Shown: piece by piece, positions 48,872 through 58,822 of the stretch
Layout of the letters: every line of letters begins with the position of its first letter
Position numbering within the stretch: the stretch's first letter is position 1
IMG/VR virus record: IMGVR_UViG_3300046003_004989
Coordinates: 80,481-144,480 of that record
DNA length: 64,000 nt
Strand: one strand, 5' to 3'
Origin: a virus
Made by a program: the position numbers and the translations under genes
Notes under the pieces: generated by a model
The model's input: the letters and a program-made list of their open reading frames with translations, nothing else
Told to the model about the DNA's origin: nothing
The model's database searches: none

Positions 48872-50263
48872 TTACTTTTTGTTCTTTAATTTTGAGAATT
48901 TCATTTCGATTGCTAAGTGAATGTTCTTATTTCTCTTACGTTCAGCATAGAGATTTGTAAGAATTTCTTTTAGTACGGAAATTTCTCGATTGTCGTATAT
49001 TGCACCAGTTGTTGATACAATAAATTGTTTGTCTTGTTTATGTGCTTCTAATTTCGTTTGATCTTGAGTCTTCGTTATGAATGATTCAGGAGAAACATTA
49101 AATTGACGCATAATTGAAGGGTATAGAGAAGCGTAGTCAAAACATGTTGCTGCTCTGAACATACCTTGTTCTGGTTCTTTTACATAAGCACCTTCATATG
49201 CACCTCTTGGTGTTTCTACTTTTTTATCGGCGATAACCATGTTTCTTGCATAATAGCCTTTCCAAAGAAGTGCTTCGGTAAGATTAACAGCAGAGGAAGC
49301 TTTGTATATTGATAGATTACAAAGACATGATACAGATAAAACGGAATTTAAAGTCAATAATTTTTTGTGAATGAGACACACTAAGGCAGCATCGACTGCG
49401 TTATACAAAACGTATTTATCGTAATCGTTTTCGTATAATTCTTGTAACGTTCCATTATATTTCAATTTAGTAGTTCCTAGAACTGCATTTGCAACGAAAT
49501 CTAATGAGTTACTTTCTTTAATAGCTACGGTTCTGTCCCATCTTTTATAAACTTCCATATAGTCAATCATACCTACGTGCATAGGAATGTTATCGTTACC
49601 TTGAAGTTTACGAGTTGGAGATGCTAAAGTTACGTCGATACCTAATCTTTTGCATCTGTTAAATATGTATTTCCAGTCAAAAGCCATAAAGTTCCAACCA
49701 ATTGCTAATGAAAAGTTAGGAAGGAATTTATTAATGAATGTGTACATCATGTTATATTCGTCTTCAAAGCAAATATACTTAAATGTCCAATCACCATAGT
49801 CCTTTAGGTATTCTCGATGTTGATCGAAAATAGCCTTTTCTTGTTCTTTTGAAATTTGTTTCCAACCGAGGACTAGAGTAGAATTTGATTCAGTTGCGAT
49901 TGCGATTGTTGTGATACGTTCACGTGCAATTTCTGGAACAGGGAATGAATCAATTACCTCGGTTTCAATATCTATTGATTGAACTTTTGGAAAATTAAGA
50001 GCAGTGATTTCTTCACGGTCTTCTTCTGGAAGATTGTTAATGTATTCGTATATGGACCATTTATTGAGACGTTTTTCTGTTACTTTCTTAACTGGTTTTC
50101 CGTCCCAGTTTTGAAAGTCTTTTTCACGTTTAGGATCCGTGGCTGAACAGATTGTCCAGTTCTGAGGTGTTGGGATATCGAATTTTCTTAATTTCGATTT
50201 TCCTTCTTTGTCAAAATATGACAGAATTAATGAGTTATCGTTTAGTTCTACGTCGAGAATCAT
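48872..50263 (-). CDS. gp43: DNA polymerase B, N-terminal subunit (exonuclease + motif A; gp43A)
   Basis: IDIET, GWN..FDW.Y, YNAVD, YEGAYVKEP, FDYASLYPSI..FNVSPES. Confidence 0.92.
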   Translation of the reverse strand: MILDVELNDNSLILSYFDKEGKSKLRKFDIPTPQNWTICSATDPKREKDFQNWDGKPVKKVTEKRLNKWSIYEYINNLPEEDREEITALNFPKVQSIDIETEVIDSFPVPEIARERITTIAIATESNSTLVLGWKQISKEQEKAIFDQHREYLKDYGDWTFKYICFEDEYNMMYTFINKFLPNFSLAIGWNFMAFDWKYIFNRCKRLGIDVTLASPTRKLQGNDNIPMHVGMIDYMEVYKRWDRTVAIKESNSLDFVANAVLGTTKLKYNGTLQELYENDYDKYVLYNAVDAALVCLIHKKLLTLNSVLSVSCLCNLSIYKASSAVNLTEALLWKGYYARNMVIADKKVETPRGAYEGAYVKEPEQGMFRAATCFDYASLYPSIMRQFNVSPESFITKTQDQTKLEAHKQDKQFIVSTTGAIYDNREISVLKEILTNLYAERKRNKNIHLAIEMKFSKLKNKK

Positions 50264-50267
50264 GTGC

Positions 50268-50486
50268 TTAAAATTTAGGGATGAATTCAGTATTTATATG
50301 CCCACACTTAGAACATTTATACGTAGGAATCGGTACATACGTATCTTTTGGTGCACCAGTTATTAACTTTGATACTTTTCTAATAAAGACTACGTCTTCA
50401 AATGTATCATTCCCACATCCTTCTGCTTCACATACAATTGAAGTAGAATTCTTACGGATGTCGATATTCATGTTTGGTTGTTCCAT
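50268..50486 (-). CDS. Small zinc-ribbon protein
   Basis: CEAEGCG...CSKCGH. Confidence 0.65.
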   Translation of the reverse strand: MEQPNMNIDIRKNSTSIVCEAEGCGNDTFEDVVFIRKVSKLITGAPKDTYVPIPTYKCSKCGHINTEFIPKF

Positions 50487-50492
50487 AATTTG

Positions 50493-50936
50493 TTATTTAG
50501 TTCCTGTTGAACCGAAGCCTCCTTCACCTCTTTCTGTGATTTTGCCTTCCCATAGATCTTCTTCAGTTTCTACCATTTCAACTGATTCATATACGATTGG
50601 CATAACTATGCATTGAATGATTTTATCGCCTGCATTGATTTCTCTCGGTTCTGTACCAGCGTTCAAAAGGTGAATATGGATTTCACCTTGATAGTCTTCG
50701 TCGATAACACAAGCACCTACTACTAGATGCTTCTTGGTGGCTACACCTGACTTATTAAATGCAATAAAAGCATGATTCTCTGGTATATTTACTTTCAAAC
50801 CTGCTGGAATTAAAATAGATTCGCTAGGATTTAATGTGATTGACTCGAATTCATCTGGGATGTATAAGTCAATTCCTGCGGATTGTGATGTACCTCTAGT
50901 TGGGGACTTTACTTTTCGGACTTTTAGAAATTTCAT
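50493..50936 (-). CDS. dut: dUTPase (trimeric)
   Basis: SAGIDL, KSG, VIDEDYQGEI, RGEGGFGSTG. Confidence 0.95.
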   Translation of the reverse strand: MKFLKVRKVKSPTRGTSQSAGIDLYIPDEFESITLNPSESILIPAGLKVNIPENHAFIAFNKSGVATKKHLVVGACVIDEDYQGEIHIHLLNAGTEPREINAGDKIIQCIVMPIVYESVEMVETEEDLWEGKITERGEGGFGSTGTK

Positions 50937-50982
50937 TTACGTAATTGATTTTTACGTTATATGTCGTTTCGAATTCAGAGGT

Positions 50983-51258
50983 TCAATTATCCAGCCTATT
51001 TAGATAGCGTGTAAGCAATATATATGCCAACCAAAAACAACCTGAAATGGAGTAAAAAACTACGTCTGCTACCCAATAAGAACCACTTAGATCCATTATC
51101 AATTTGAATAAGGCATCGTAACCAAGCGGCAGAAAGAACATCGCTAACATTAAAGAGGTCTCCCTCATCAATCCTACTCGATGCTTCTTCTCCTTGTACT
51201 TCTGTACCTTCTCTGTCGGGAGTTGAAGTTTTTTTCTGAGTCTGTTTATTGGGGTCAC
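50983..51258 (-). CDS. Small two-TM membrane protein (holin candidate)
   Basis: Basic N-terminus, LMLAMFFLPLG and VVFYSISGCFWLAYILL helices; overlapped by an alternative-frame ORF 50996-51265. Confidence 0.5.
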   Translation of the reverse strand: MTPINRLRKKLQLPTEKVQKYKEKKHRVGLMRETSLMLAMFFLPLGYDALFKLIMDLSGSYWVADVVFYSISGCFWLAYILLTRYLNRLDN

Positions 51259-51296
51259 CGTCCATTTTATTGATTTTTGGTTAGGATCAGCTAACC

Positions 51297-51719
51297 TTAA
51301 AAGGCTGATCTTAGTTCTTTACTTCCTTGAATAAAGTCTTGAAAAGACTGAAAAGAAGATTTTTTCTTTTTTCTCGGTTGGCCTTTAACCAATGAGTAAG
51401 GTATGTCACCAGAACCAGTTTTTTGACTAGCAAAACCTGATTGAGAGCCCGGATTTCCTGGAAGTGCAGGAGAACCCATTCCATTGACATTAGAAACTGT
51501 TGCCATTCCACCGTCTTCATTAACTTCGTCTTTTGAGACAGGAAGGCCTTCATGTTTTGTTTTAGCAAAGTCTTCTAAGTCCTTTTTAGACATAGAGTCT
51601 GCTAGGTCTTGGATTTGCTTTCTATATTCTGGATTGATATCAGAAGCTTTCAAATCACCCATTTTGAGTGCATAGGCTTGACCCATTAATCTTTGTTGTG
51701 ATTGTGAAACTGCTGGCAT
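51297..51719 (-). CDS. DUF3008-like protein
   Basis: MPAVSQSQQRLMG.A...SMSKKDLEDFAKTKHEGLP. Confidence 0.7.
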   Translation of the reverse strand: MPAVSQSQQRLMGQAYALKMGDLKASDINPEYRKQIQDLADSMSKKDLEDFAKTKHEGLPVSKDEVNEDGGMATVSNVNGMGSPALPGNPGSQSGFASQKTGSGDIPYSLVKGQPRKKKKSSFQSFQDFIQGSKELRSAF

Positions 51720-52363
51720 TATGCTCTAGTTGATTTATATGACATGTCTTTCAGAAGTTTCTCCACTATTTGAGTAGCTTCTTCTTTAGTAGAATAGTCT
51801 TGAGAGAAGATAATTGATCCGTTTGAATTTCCTAAATTCTTAGCATCTATAGAATATGTTGTACATGTAACAGATGCTTGATATTCTGTAACACCTTTCC
51901 AATTCATTTCTTGTACTCCAAATAAGAAGATAGCTGCTAAGCCATTTCCAATTTTAACTGTCCATCTACCAACTTCAGTAAAGACTTTTTTATCATAAGA
52001 GTTCAGATTACCTTTATTGTCTGGGTAAACTGATTCTGTTATTGCTTCTGGATTTTCCCCTTCAAATAAATAAAGTTCGTAGCGATATTTATAAGCTTTA
52101 TCTGCAGTAGATTTTGAAAGTTTTTTAGCAGGAACTCCGAAAGCTCTTAATTTACTCATAATTTCATCTCTTCTTGATGAACTATCATGTCTGAAGATTA
52201 ATCGGTTGCTATTTCCTCTTTCACCTTTAACGAATTCTACACTTTGTGCACCGATACCGTAAGGATTTTCAGTGAATTTATCTTTAATTTCGTCAAATGT
52301 CAATGACTCATTAATTCCTTCGATTAAGAATTCATCAAATGAAGGTATTGGCTTAATTTCCAT
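51719..52363 (-). CDS. Hypothetical, CTS-like leader
   Basis: MEIKPIPSFDEFLIEGINES. Confidence 0.7.
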   Translation of the reverse strand: MEIKPIPSFDEFLIEGINESLTFDEIKDKFTENPYGIGAQSVEFVKGERGNSNRLIFRHDSSSRRDEIMSKLRAFGVPAKKLSKSTADKAYKYRYELYLFEGENPEAITESVYPDNKGNLNSYDKKVFTEVGRWTVKIGNGLAAIFLFGVQEMNWKGVTEYQASVTCTTYSIDAKNLGNSNGSIIFSQDYSTKEEATQIVEKLLKDMSYKSTRA

Positions 52364-52364
52364 T

Positions 52365-52709
52365 TTAGTTTTTTATTTTGAATCCGATAATGATTTCGCA
52401 ATCTTGATCGTAATATCTTCGGTCTTCAGCAAAATATGATTGCTCAAAGACTGTCTTTTTATTTTCATTAAGATGAATGAATAGCTCTGATTCAGAAGTC
52501 CAAGTCATGAAAGTATAAACTAGATTCCTGTCTTTATCTTCTGCTACATAAACTTTAGCGTTCTCTACATCATCATTATCATTCTGAAATTTATCTTTCA
52601 ATTCTTGATTAAAAGTCCATTTCATTTTATCCAGACGATATGCTTCGATATCATACGGAACATCGGCTTCATTTAGCCATTGTGTGAATGTAGGAATGTG
52701 ATTTTTCAT
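52365..52709 (-). CDS. Hypothetical, CTS-like leader
   Basis: MKNHIPTFTQWLNEA. Confidence 0.7.
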   Translation of the reverse strand: MKNHIPTFTQWLNEADVPYDIEAYRLDKMKWTFNQELKDKFQNDNDDVENAKVYVAEDKDRNLVYTFMTWTSESELFIHLNENKKTVFEQSYFAEDRRYYDQDCEIIIGFKIKN

Positions 52710-52710
52710 C

Positions 52711-53904
52711 TTAAGATTCTTGTGCTATCATTGCATCAATAACATCAGATGATATCCAACCTTTAGCTTTAAGAAATTGTTTTGCTAATGCCAATACTTT
52801 CTTTTCACCCGCAGGAGTAACTTCGTTTTCTTTACCCATTTCGTTATTATCATTCCACTCTTCAACTGAAGCTTCTACTTCTTGTTTTAGTTGCATATCA
52901 TTTAAACGAGAAAGTTTAGAAGAATTTTCATGATAATCTTCCCAGTACTTAGCATTAAAACTTTCATCGATAGATTCATCAACTGATTCGTTGATTTTCT
53001 TCTTTAATTCAGCTAATTCTGGTTTTAATTTAGCATCTAAACCTCTTTCAATTCCCCAATTGTATGATGCTTTGATTAGCATATAAAGCGGTAGATTTGC
53101 ATTCTTTTTACCGAATGGAGAAGTTCTGATCCAATCGAAGATATGTTCTGCTAAGTCTTTAGAAAGTTTAATACCTTCTGCAGATGATGTTTCACCTTTA
53201 ACGATAGATTGAAGTAGCTTACTTGCCATTCCATGAGAACCTTCGTTAATGTTTGATTCGTTTATTGTCGAGAACTTGAAAAGTCCAATTGATTCTTTTA
53301 TCATGCCTTTTTGATTTTGTGTTTTTGCTTTTACTATTTGTTCAAGTACACGCTTACCAAATTTAGAAAGAGACCAAACTTGCTGTCCTCGATTTTCTTT
53401 TGATTCGAAATACTTTTCATTACGAGAGAACCATTTTCTTTGATCGATAGCATTTCCTCTATCTTCTTCTAGTGAAGTCAAAAAGTTTTTAAGTTCTTCA
53501 TTAGTTACATAACGTTTACCAACAAACTCAACAACTCTATTTCGTATAGGAGCTTGAGTATTGATGTTATGTGCACTATATTCGCCGTATTTTCTTTTGA
53601 TTTGTACTCTTTCATTAACTTCCTCTTCTACGGATTCATCAACGATTTTTACTACATTAGCGTTAAGATAGTCAAGATTAACATCAATTGCTAAACTGAC
53701 ATTTTTATCTTTTGCTATTTTATTGAAAGGTTTGATAGTAACTTCATCAGATTGTTTACGATTATTAGAACCTCGCAAACCAGATTTAACTACCTTCCAA
53801 ACTTCTCCATCTTTAAAATGAATCAATTTATCGATAGCATAATCTTCAATTTTTGTCTTTTTACTCTCATTAAGAGCTTTAAGGATTGAGATTTCTTTTG
53901 CCAT
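52711..53904 (-). CDS. Multi-module protein with repeated NES/DES linkers (possible polyprotein)
   Basis: LNES, VDESVEEEVNE, INESNINEG, INESVDESIDES separate about four modules. Confidence 0.65.
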   Translation of the reverse strand: MAKEISILKALNESKKTKIEDYAIDKLIHFKDGEVWKVVKSGLRGSNNRKQSDEVTIKPFNKIAKDKNVSLAIDVNLDYLNANVVKIVDESVEEEVNERVQIKRKYGEYSAHNINTQAPIRNRVVEFVGKRYVTNEELKNFLTSLEEDRGNAIDQRKWFSRNEKYFESKENRGQQVWSLSKFGKRVLEQIVKAKTQNQKGMIKESIGLFKFSTINESNINEGSHGMASKLLQSIVKGETSSAEGIKLSKDLAEHIFDWIRTSPFGKKNANLPLYMLIKASYNWGIERGLDAKLKPELAELKKKINESVDESIDESFNAKYWEDYHENSSKLSRLNDMQLKQEVEASVEEWNDNNEMGKENEVTPAGEKKVLALAKQFLKAKGWISSDVIDAMIAQES

Positions 53905-53927
53905 TGTAATGGTTTTCTTTTATATAT

Positions 53928-55154
53928 TTAGTCTTTGATCGTCCAAGACTTTTCTGCTTTATTCTTCAGATAGTCTTCGAAAGTCATAATACCACCTAAA
54001 GTATCGGTAGTTTCTGCATCGACTTTATTTTTGATTTTAGCAGATACAGATTTAAGGTCATCTACTAACATTTGAGTTACAGTTCCACTAGGCTTTTTTC
54101 TGGGTCTAGAGAATGAAGCAACCATGATCTTAAAGATATTCTTATTGATCGAAGATTCTTTGATAAGTTCACGAGTTTTCGTGTCTGGAATAAGACCAGC
54201 ATTCAAATCAAATTTAGGTGTAGATGCGAATGAAAGAGAATCAAGCTCAACACCATCAAATTTATAACCGTTCTTTTTAATATAGTCGTTGTAAATTTGA
54301 CAAATAAGAGATATGAATCTCTCGTCAGCCGAACCCTCTTCTAATGAGTATTTTTGAAGACCGTTCATTGATACGAATTCTACGATATCTGATAGTATGA
54401 TACCATACATATCTTGAGGTTCTCTGTCTTCCTCATTTGTTTTATTGATAAGTTGAACCATCGGATCAACTGCTTTAGCATAAAAAGTTTCGTTTTTCTC
54501 TTGTCCTAAAAACTTAAATACGATAGAATCTATCGGACTATCAATACCATTTCCTAGTGAAGTCTTCTTCATCGAAGGATTGAGAATTGATATGATATAT
54601 TTAGTGAAAGAGTTAGTTTCGAATTTCTTAATTATTTGGTCTTCTGGAGTTCTCAAATAATCTAATAGTCTAGTTTTTTGAGCGTCGTCTAGTTTACCGT
54701 ACCAAATGATTGGTGGTTTTTCTACCATCATCAAATCGGATAGAGCATTCAAAATAGTCATATCATCTACGATTTTACTATCATCTACTCTTTTCATATC
54801 AGTCAAAACTAGTCCATTGAGTGGTAGTCGATCATATTTGATATTAATTGGAGTGGTTGAATGAAAATATCTGAATCCAAAACGATATCCAGTAGGAATT
54901 TCTGCTAAAACATCTTTTGGCAGATTTGATATGTAATTGATTGGTTCTTCGAAAAGTTGATTGAGAGTTCTTTCGATGGCAGTTATCTTTCCATCTTTAC
55001 GATAGAAAGTTAATTCTCCATCTTTAGATTTTTCAAATGCAAACCTCGTGGCATTAAGCTTTTCGGAGATTATCACAAATCCATCGAAAAGCTTATGCAC
55101 GAATTGAAGGCCTTCTTTTCTAAAAACTTCTCTTAAAGTTAGTATTTCTGCCAT
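53928..55154 (-). CDS. Hypothetical with ligase/nucleotidyltransferase-like N-terminus
   Basis: ISEKLNA (degenerate KxDG), PPIIWYG, DSIVFKF..AKAVDP. Confidence 0.5.
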   Translation of the reverse strand: MAEILTLREVFRKEGLQFVHKLFDGFVIISEKLNATRFAFEKSKDGELTFYRKDGKITAIERTLNQLFEEPINYISNLPKDVLAEIPTGYRFGFRYFHSTTPINIKYDRLPLNGLVLTDMKRVDDSKIVDDMTILNALSDLMMVEKPPIIWYGKLDDAQKTRLLDYLRTPEDQIIKKFETNSFTKYIISILNPSMKKTSLGNGIDSPIDSIVFKFLGQEKNETFYAKAVDPMVQLINKTNEEDREPQDMYGIILSDIVEFVSMNGLQKYSLEEGSADERFISLICQIYNDYIKKNGYKFDGVELDSLSFASTPKFDLNAGLIPDTKTRELIKESSINKNIFKIMVASFSRPRKKPSGTVTQMLVDDLKSVSAKIKNKVDAETTDTLGGIMTFEDYLKNKAEKSWTIKD

Positions 55155-55165
55155 TTAGTATTTTA

Positions 55166-56383
55166 TTATCGTAATTCTAATTTAGATTTACCTTCAGGTG
55201 TAAGTAAACCATCTAACATTGTTAAACCAGAAGCAACTTCTTTTTCGTATTTATCAAATTGGTGTTTGTAGTCTACGAATTTAACTGCTCTTTGTTTTAA
55301 GTCTTGTTGATAGTACTCAACTTGAGCAGCATATCTTTGTCTTAATTCTTCTGTCAATTCAGCACCATCTTCAGTTTTTCCACTTTCAATACAAGCTGCT
55401 ATTCTTTCGATACGAGCTTCATATCTAGCAAATTCTACGTAATCATACATATAGCTTCCGAAAGTAGAATAGATTTTTTCTAGAGCATAACCTGGAGTAT
55501 TTCTCCAATGACCACCTAATTGAAATTCACCATATTGCTTAACCACTTCAATATCATCTAATTTAATCTTAGAAGCCCATGAAGCGATTCCATTAGAAAC
55601 TGAAGTGAATATACGTTGGAATTGAGCAAGGATATCTGCTGGACCAACTTTTTCAGAAAGAATTTTCTTGTAACGAGCAGTGTTTTCTGCTTTGATAGTT
55701 TTATTATCAATTAGTGCCATAGCACCTTTTCTTGCAGCAGCTCTTTGGTTTTGCTTATCAGATACGCTATATTTAGCTCTTAGATCTTCTAAGTTGATAA
55801 CATAAACTTTAGTCGTAAATTCTTGAATCCATTTAGCATTTGAAGGTTTGATGTCGCTATATTTCAATCCGAAATAAGAAGACTGACCCCATTTGTCTGC
55901 TAATGCACCATATTTATCTTCACCACCTTGTCTTGAACTTGGCTCTTTACCGAAACCATAGAAAAGACCTCTACCACCTGCAGCAATTGCAATAAGAAGT
56001 GGATTTCCTGAAGTACGTCTTTCAACTCTTTGCATTACTTCTGGATTGTCGTTAACACAAAATCCGATAAAGTTATCGTTGTTTTTATAAGGTGCTTTAA
56101 AGAAAGCTGTAGGGTCAGTAAGAACAGTAAAGTCTGTATCTTGAATATCACCGATAGCTAATTTGTATTTTTTGTACAAATCAATTTGGAATTTATTCGC
56201 CCATCTTCCTTGTTTAGTATCACCTGCGATTAGTTGTTGTAGGATTGTAGAAGAGAAACCTTCGTTAAGCAATTGTTCTGCTTCCCATTGTTCCATTCTT
56301 TCTAACAAATTTCCTTCTAGCAATTCTTCGTTTTCAACGATAGCTTGCATTCTTTTGAAATTGTCAAAACTTAATAGTTTCAT
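55166..56383 (-). CDS. Hypothetical, CTS-like leader
   Basis: MKLLSFDNF...LLNEG. Confidence 0.65.
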   Translation of the reverse strand: MKLLSFDNFKRMQAIVENEELLEGNLLERMEQWEAEQLLNEGFSSTILQQLIAGDTKQGRWANKFQIDLYKKYKLAIGDIQDTDFTVLTDPTAFFKAPYKNNDNFIGFCVNDNPEVMQRVERRTSGNPLLIAIAAGGRGLFYGFGKEPSSRQGGEDKYGALADKWGQSSYFGLKYSDIKPSNAKWIQEFTTKVYVINLEDLRAKYSVSDKQNQRAAARKGAMALIDNKTIKAENTARYKKILSEKVGPADILAQFQRIFTSVSNGIASWASKIKLDDIEVVKQYGEFQLGGHWRNTPGYALEKIYSTFGSYMYDYVEFARYEARIERIAACIESGKTEDGAELTEELRQRYAAQVEYYQQDLKQRAVKFVDYKHQFDKYEKEVASGLTMLDGLLTPEGKSKLELR

Positions 56384-56592
56384 TAGTTTGTTTGTTTTTT
56401 TCTGTATGATTTCATTCCTTCTAGGAATTCTGCTAATTGTTCTTCGTCAAGCTGAGAAGCATCAGTAACACCGTAAGCACTAAGTCTTTCGTTATAGACT
56501 TTCTTAAATGATTCAGCTAGCTTCTCTAACTCTTTCTGTGTCTTAACTTCTTTGAGCATTTTGTTAAACGCTCTATATTTAAGTAGTGCCAT
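56383..56592 (-). CDS. Small hypothetical late protein
   Basis: YGVTDASQLDEEQ..EF; late promoter motif at 56612-56620. Confidence 0.6.
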   Translation of the reverse strand: MALLKYRAFNKMLKEVKTQKELEKLAESFKKVYNERLSAYGVTDASQLDEEQLAEFLEGMKSYRKKQTN

Positions 56593-56623
56593 AGAGTTCG
56601 ATACTTTTTAGTTATATATCTCG

Positions 56624-58141
56624 TTAGCCGTAGATCTTGCCAACGTCAACCGAACGAACATTATAAGGAAAGTTTTGATCTCGATATATTTCTTGTCGAG
56701 CTAACCCGTGTTTATATAAGTAGTTGTTGTATCTACCTATTCGATAGTCATCAATAAAGTCGATAATTAGAAGTTTATCTTTGTCAGCGTGTTTACGTAA
56801 ACCACGACCAATTGACTGACGGATGATTACTTCAGATTTGAAAGATTCACATAAATAGATCGTGTGAATATTTTTAACGTTGATACCAGTAGAGAAAGTT
56901 CCGTATGATGCAATCATGATTTTTTGTTCACCTTCTTCGAGGTTATCCTTATGCATTGCTCTTAGGTCTTTGTCAGTTCCACCGTCAATATAGAAGATAC
57001 GACGACTAGTTTTCTCTCTAAGTTTATCATATAGCTTGTTACCATATTCAATACGATAGAACAGAACAAGGGCGTTCTTCTTATTTTTCAGGATCATATC
57101 AGTTATGAACTCTAATCTAGCTTCGGATTGTATAGCGTAATTCTGTTCAAGATGAAGCAGTTTCTTACGATCTTCTTCGGATCTAGCATGTAGAGTTTTA
57201 AAGCCTTCCCGTACCTCGGTGGATGCGTAATTCATTTCAATAGCATACACTTCACATGGAGTAATATGTCCTTGTTCTATCAAGAAGTCAGCTCGAATAG
57301 ATGTGATAATTGGTCCAGTATAAGCCATCAATGTTAAACGATCAAGAGTTCCAGGCTTTGGTATTGTACCCGAAAGTCCAAATTTTCTATCAGCTTCTTC
57401 ACATTTTTCTAAAATAGATTTGATACTTGCAGATTTAGCTTTGTGAGTTTCATCGACAATTACACAATCAAAAGCATCAAAATATTCTTTATCTTTCTTA
57501 ACAAGGGATTGATACGTACCAACAACTATATTTGCACCATCTCTAATAACGGATCCGGCAAAGATTTGTTGAATTTGTAATTTCAGTCCTATAGATCCCT
57601 CATTATACTCGTAAAAATCTTCGGATGATTGAACTACTAGATCGACTGTCGGTACGATCATCAGAATTTTTTTACTCTTTTTGCTTTCAAGTAGATAGGC
57701 CATTACCATAAAAATAATCAAAGTCTTACCTGCTGATGTAGCTAATTCTGCTAAACAACTTTTGTATTTGATTATTTGGAATGCTGTTTCTATTTGATAG
57801 TCACGAGGCTTCATCGGAGAATCTGCCCATTTTTCATTTACCCAAGCTACAAACTCTTCTTTATCGATATCTCTATCGAATTTTCTTTGAATGCCGTTTA
57901 TGTTGATTTCGAAGTTATATTGTTTAGATACTTCTACTAGTTCATGCCATAGACCTGAAGGTAAGTATCTGTTAGATTTAAAGTAAGAGATTTTTCCGTC
58001 CCACCAACCTTTCTTTACTCTCGGATCCCACTTGGCATTGGCTGCTTCTCTGGTAAATGACAACTTCACTTGCTCCATCTCCATTTCTGTAGCTGCAGTA
58101 AGTGTTAGTAATTTGTCATTATGCGTTAATTCCCATTGCAT
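56624..58141 (-). CDS. uvsW: SF2 DNA helicase
   Basis: WDGKI, PRDYQ, ATSAGKT, VDETH, GLSGT, STGIN, QSIGRGLR. Confidence 0.95.
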   Translation of the reverse strand: MQWELTHNDKLLTLTAATEMEMEQVKLSFTREAANAKWDPRVKKGWWDGKISYFKSNRYLPSGLWHELVEVSKQYNFEININGIQRKFDRDIDKEEFVAWVNEKWADSPMKPRDYQIETAFQIIKYKSCLAELATSAGKTLIIFMVMAYLLESKKSKKILMIVPTVDLVVQSSEDFYEYNEGSIGLKLQIQQIFAGSVIRDGANIVVGTYQSLVKKDKEYFDAFDCVIVDETHKAKSASIKSILEKCEEADRKFGLSGTIPKPGTLDRLTLMAYTGPIITSIRADFLIEQGHITPCEVYAIEMNYASTEVREGFKTLHARSEEDRKKLLHLEQNYAIQSEARLEFITDMILKNKKNALVLFYRIEYGNKLYDKLREKTSRRIFYIDGGTDKDLRAMHKDNLEEGEQKIMIASYGTFSTGINVKNIHTIYLCESFKSEVIIRQSIGRGLRKHADKDKLLIIDFIDDYRIGRYNNYLYKHGLARQEIYRDQNFPYNVRSVDVGKIYG

Positions 58142-58165
58142 TGGTTATGTCTTTTTTTAGGAACC

Positions 58166-58615
58166 TTAAAGGTTACGTCTATCGTTCATCTCTTCGATAG
58201 AAATTTTATTTTTGATTGAGAATCCCATTCGGTCAAGTGTTTCAATACATTGAGAATAGAAGTTTATTTGGTTTTCTAAAAGATCCGATTGTCGAATTCT
58301 TAGAGCCATGTCAGATGCTATAAAGTCATTGATTTCTCGATAATCAAGACGAACATCATGTTGTGTTTTGTAATACTCATATCGAAGCTTTTTGAAGTTC
58401 TGATCGTTTGCTTTCTTTTTGAAATTAGCAGCTCGATATCTAACAAGCTTATCAACCATCATATGTCGATATGAAAGCATAAGAACTTGTGCTTCTGATA
58501 TTTTATCTATCCGATTCAACATTGGGATCAGATCATTCATCTTAGATGTGAATTCTACTCTTTCCGTATCTAATGCTGCTTCGAGTTCTGATACTTTTTG
58601 TTCTTCTGCTGTCAT
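58166..58615 (-). CDS. uvsY: Recombination mediator UvsY-like
   Basis: Adjacent to uvsW; YEYY...FIASD...L..MGFSIKN.I. Confidence 0.75.
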   Translation of the reverse strand: MTAEEQKVSELEAALDTERVEFTSKMNDLIPMLNRIDKISEAQVLMLSYRHMMVDKLVRYRAANFKKKANDQNFKKLRYEYYKTQHDVRLDYREINDFIASDMALRIRQSDLLENQINFYSQCIETLDRMGFSIKNKISIEEMNDRRNL

Positions 58616-58821
58616 TAGAATAGATTTTGTGAAGATTTATTTTTGTCTTTCAGATTGATTGTTTCTTGAGACAGCTTCTTCTTCGGCTTTTTATATTTTA
58701 TGACGCCTATGTCAAATTGTTTTCCTTGGAATTCCAGATCCACCTCCTTAAAGTCGATTATTAACTTTCCAGTACCATTTTCGGTAATGCGGTCTTCGAA
58801 TTTATCAAGTTCTTCGTTCAT
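58615..58821 (-). CDS. Small hypothetical protein
   Basis: Likely start MNEELDKF just after the primase stop. Confidence 0.5.
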   Translation of the reverse strand: MNEELDKFEDRITENGTGKLIIDFKEVDLEFQGKQFDIGVIKYKKPKKKLSQETINLKDKNKSSQNLF

Positions 58822-58822
58822 C

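Noticed and set aside
2007-50263. Introns or inteins in terminase, helicase, nrdA/B or polymerase
   Set aside because: Protein lengths are normal and no intein C/HN motifs or interrupted frames are seen
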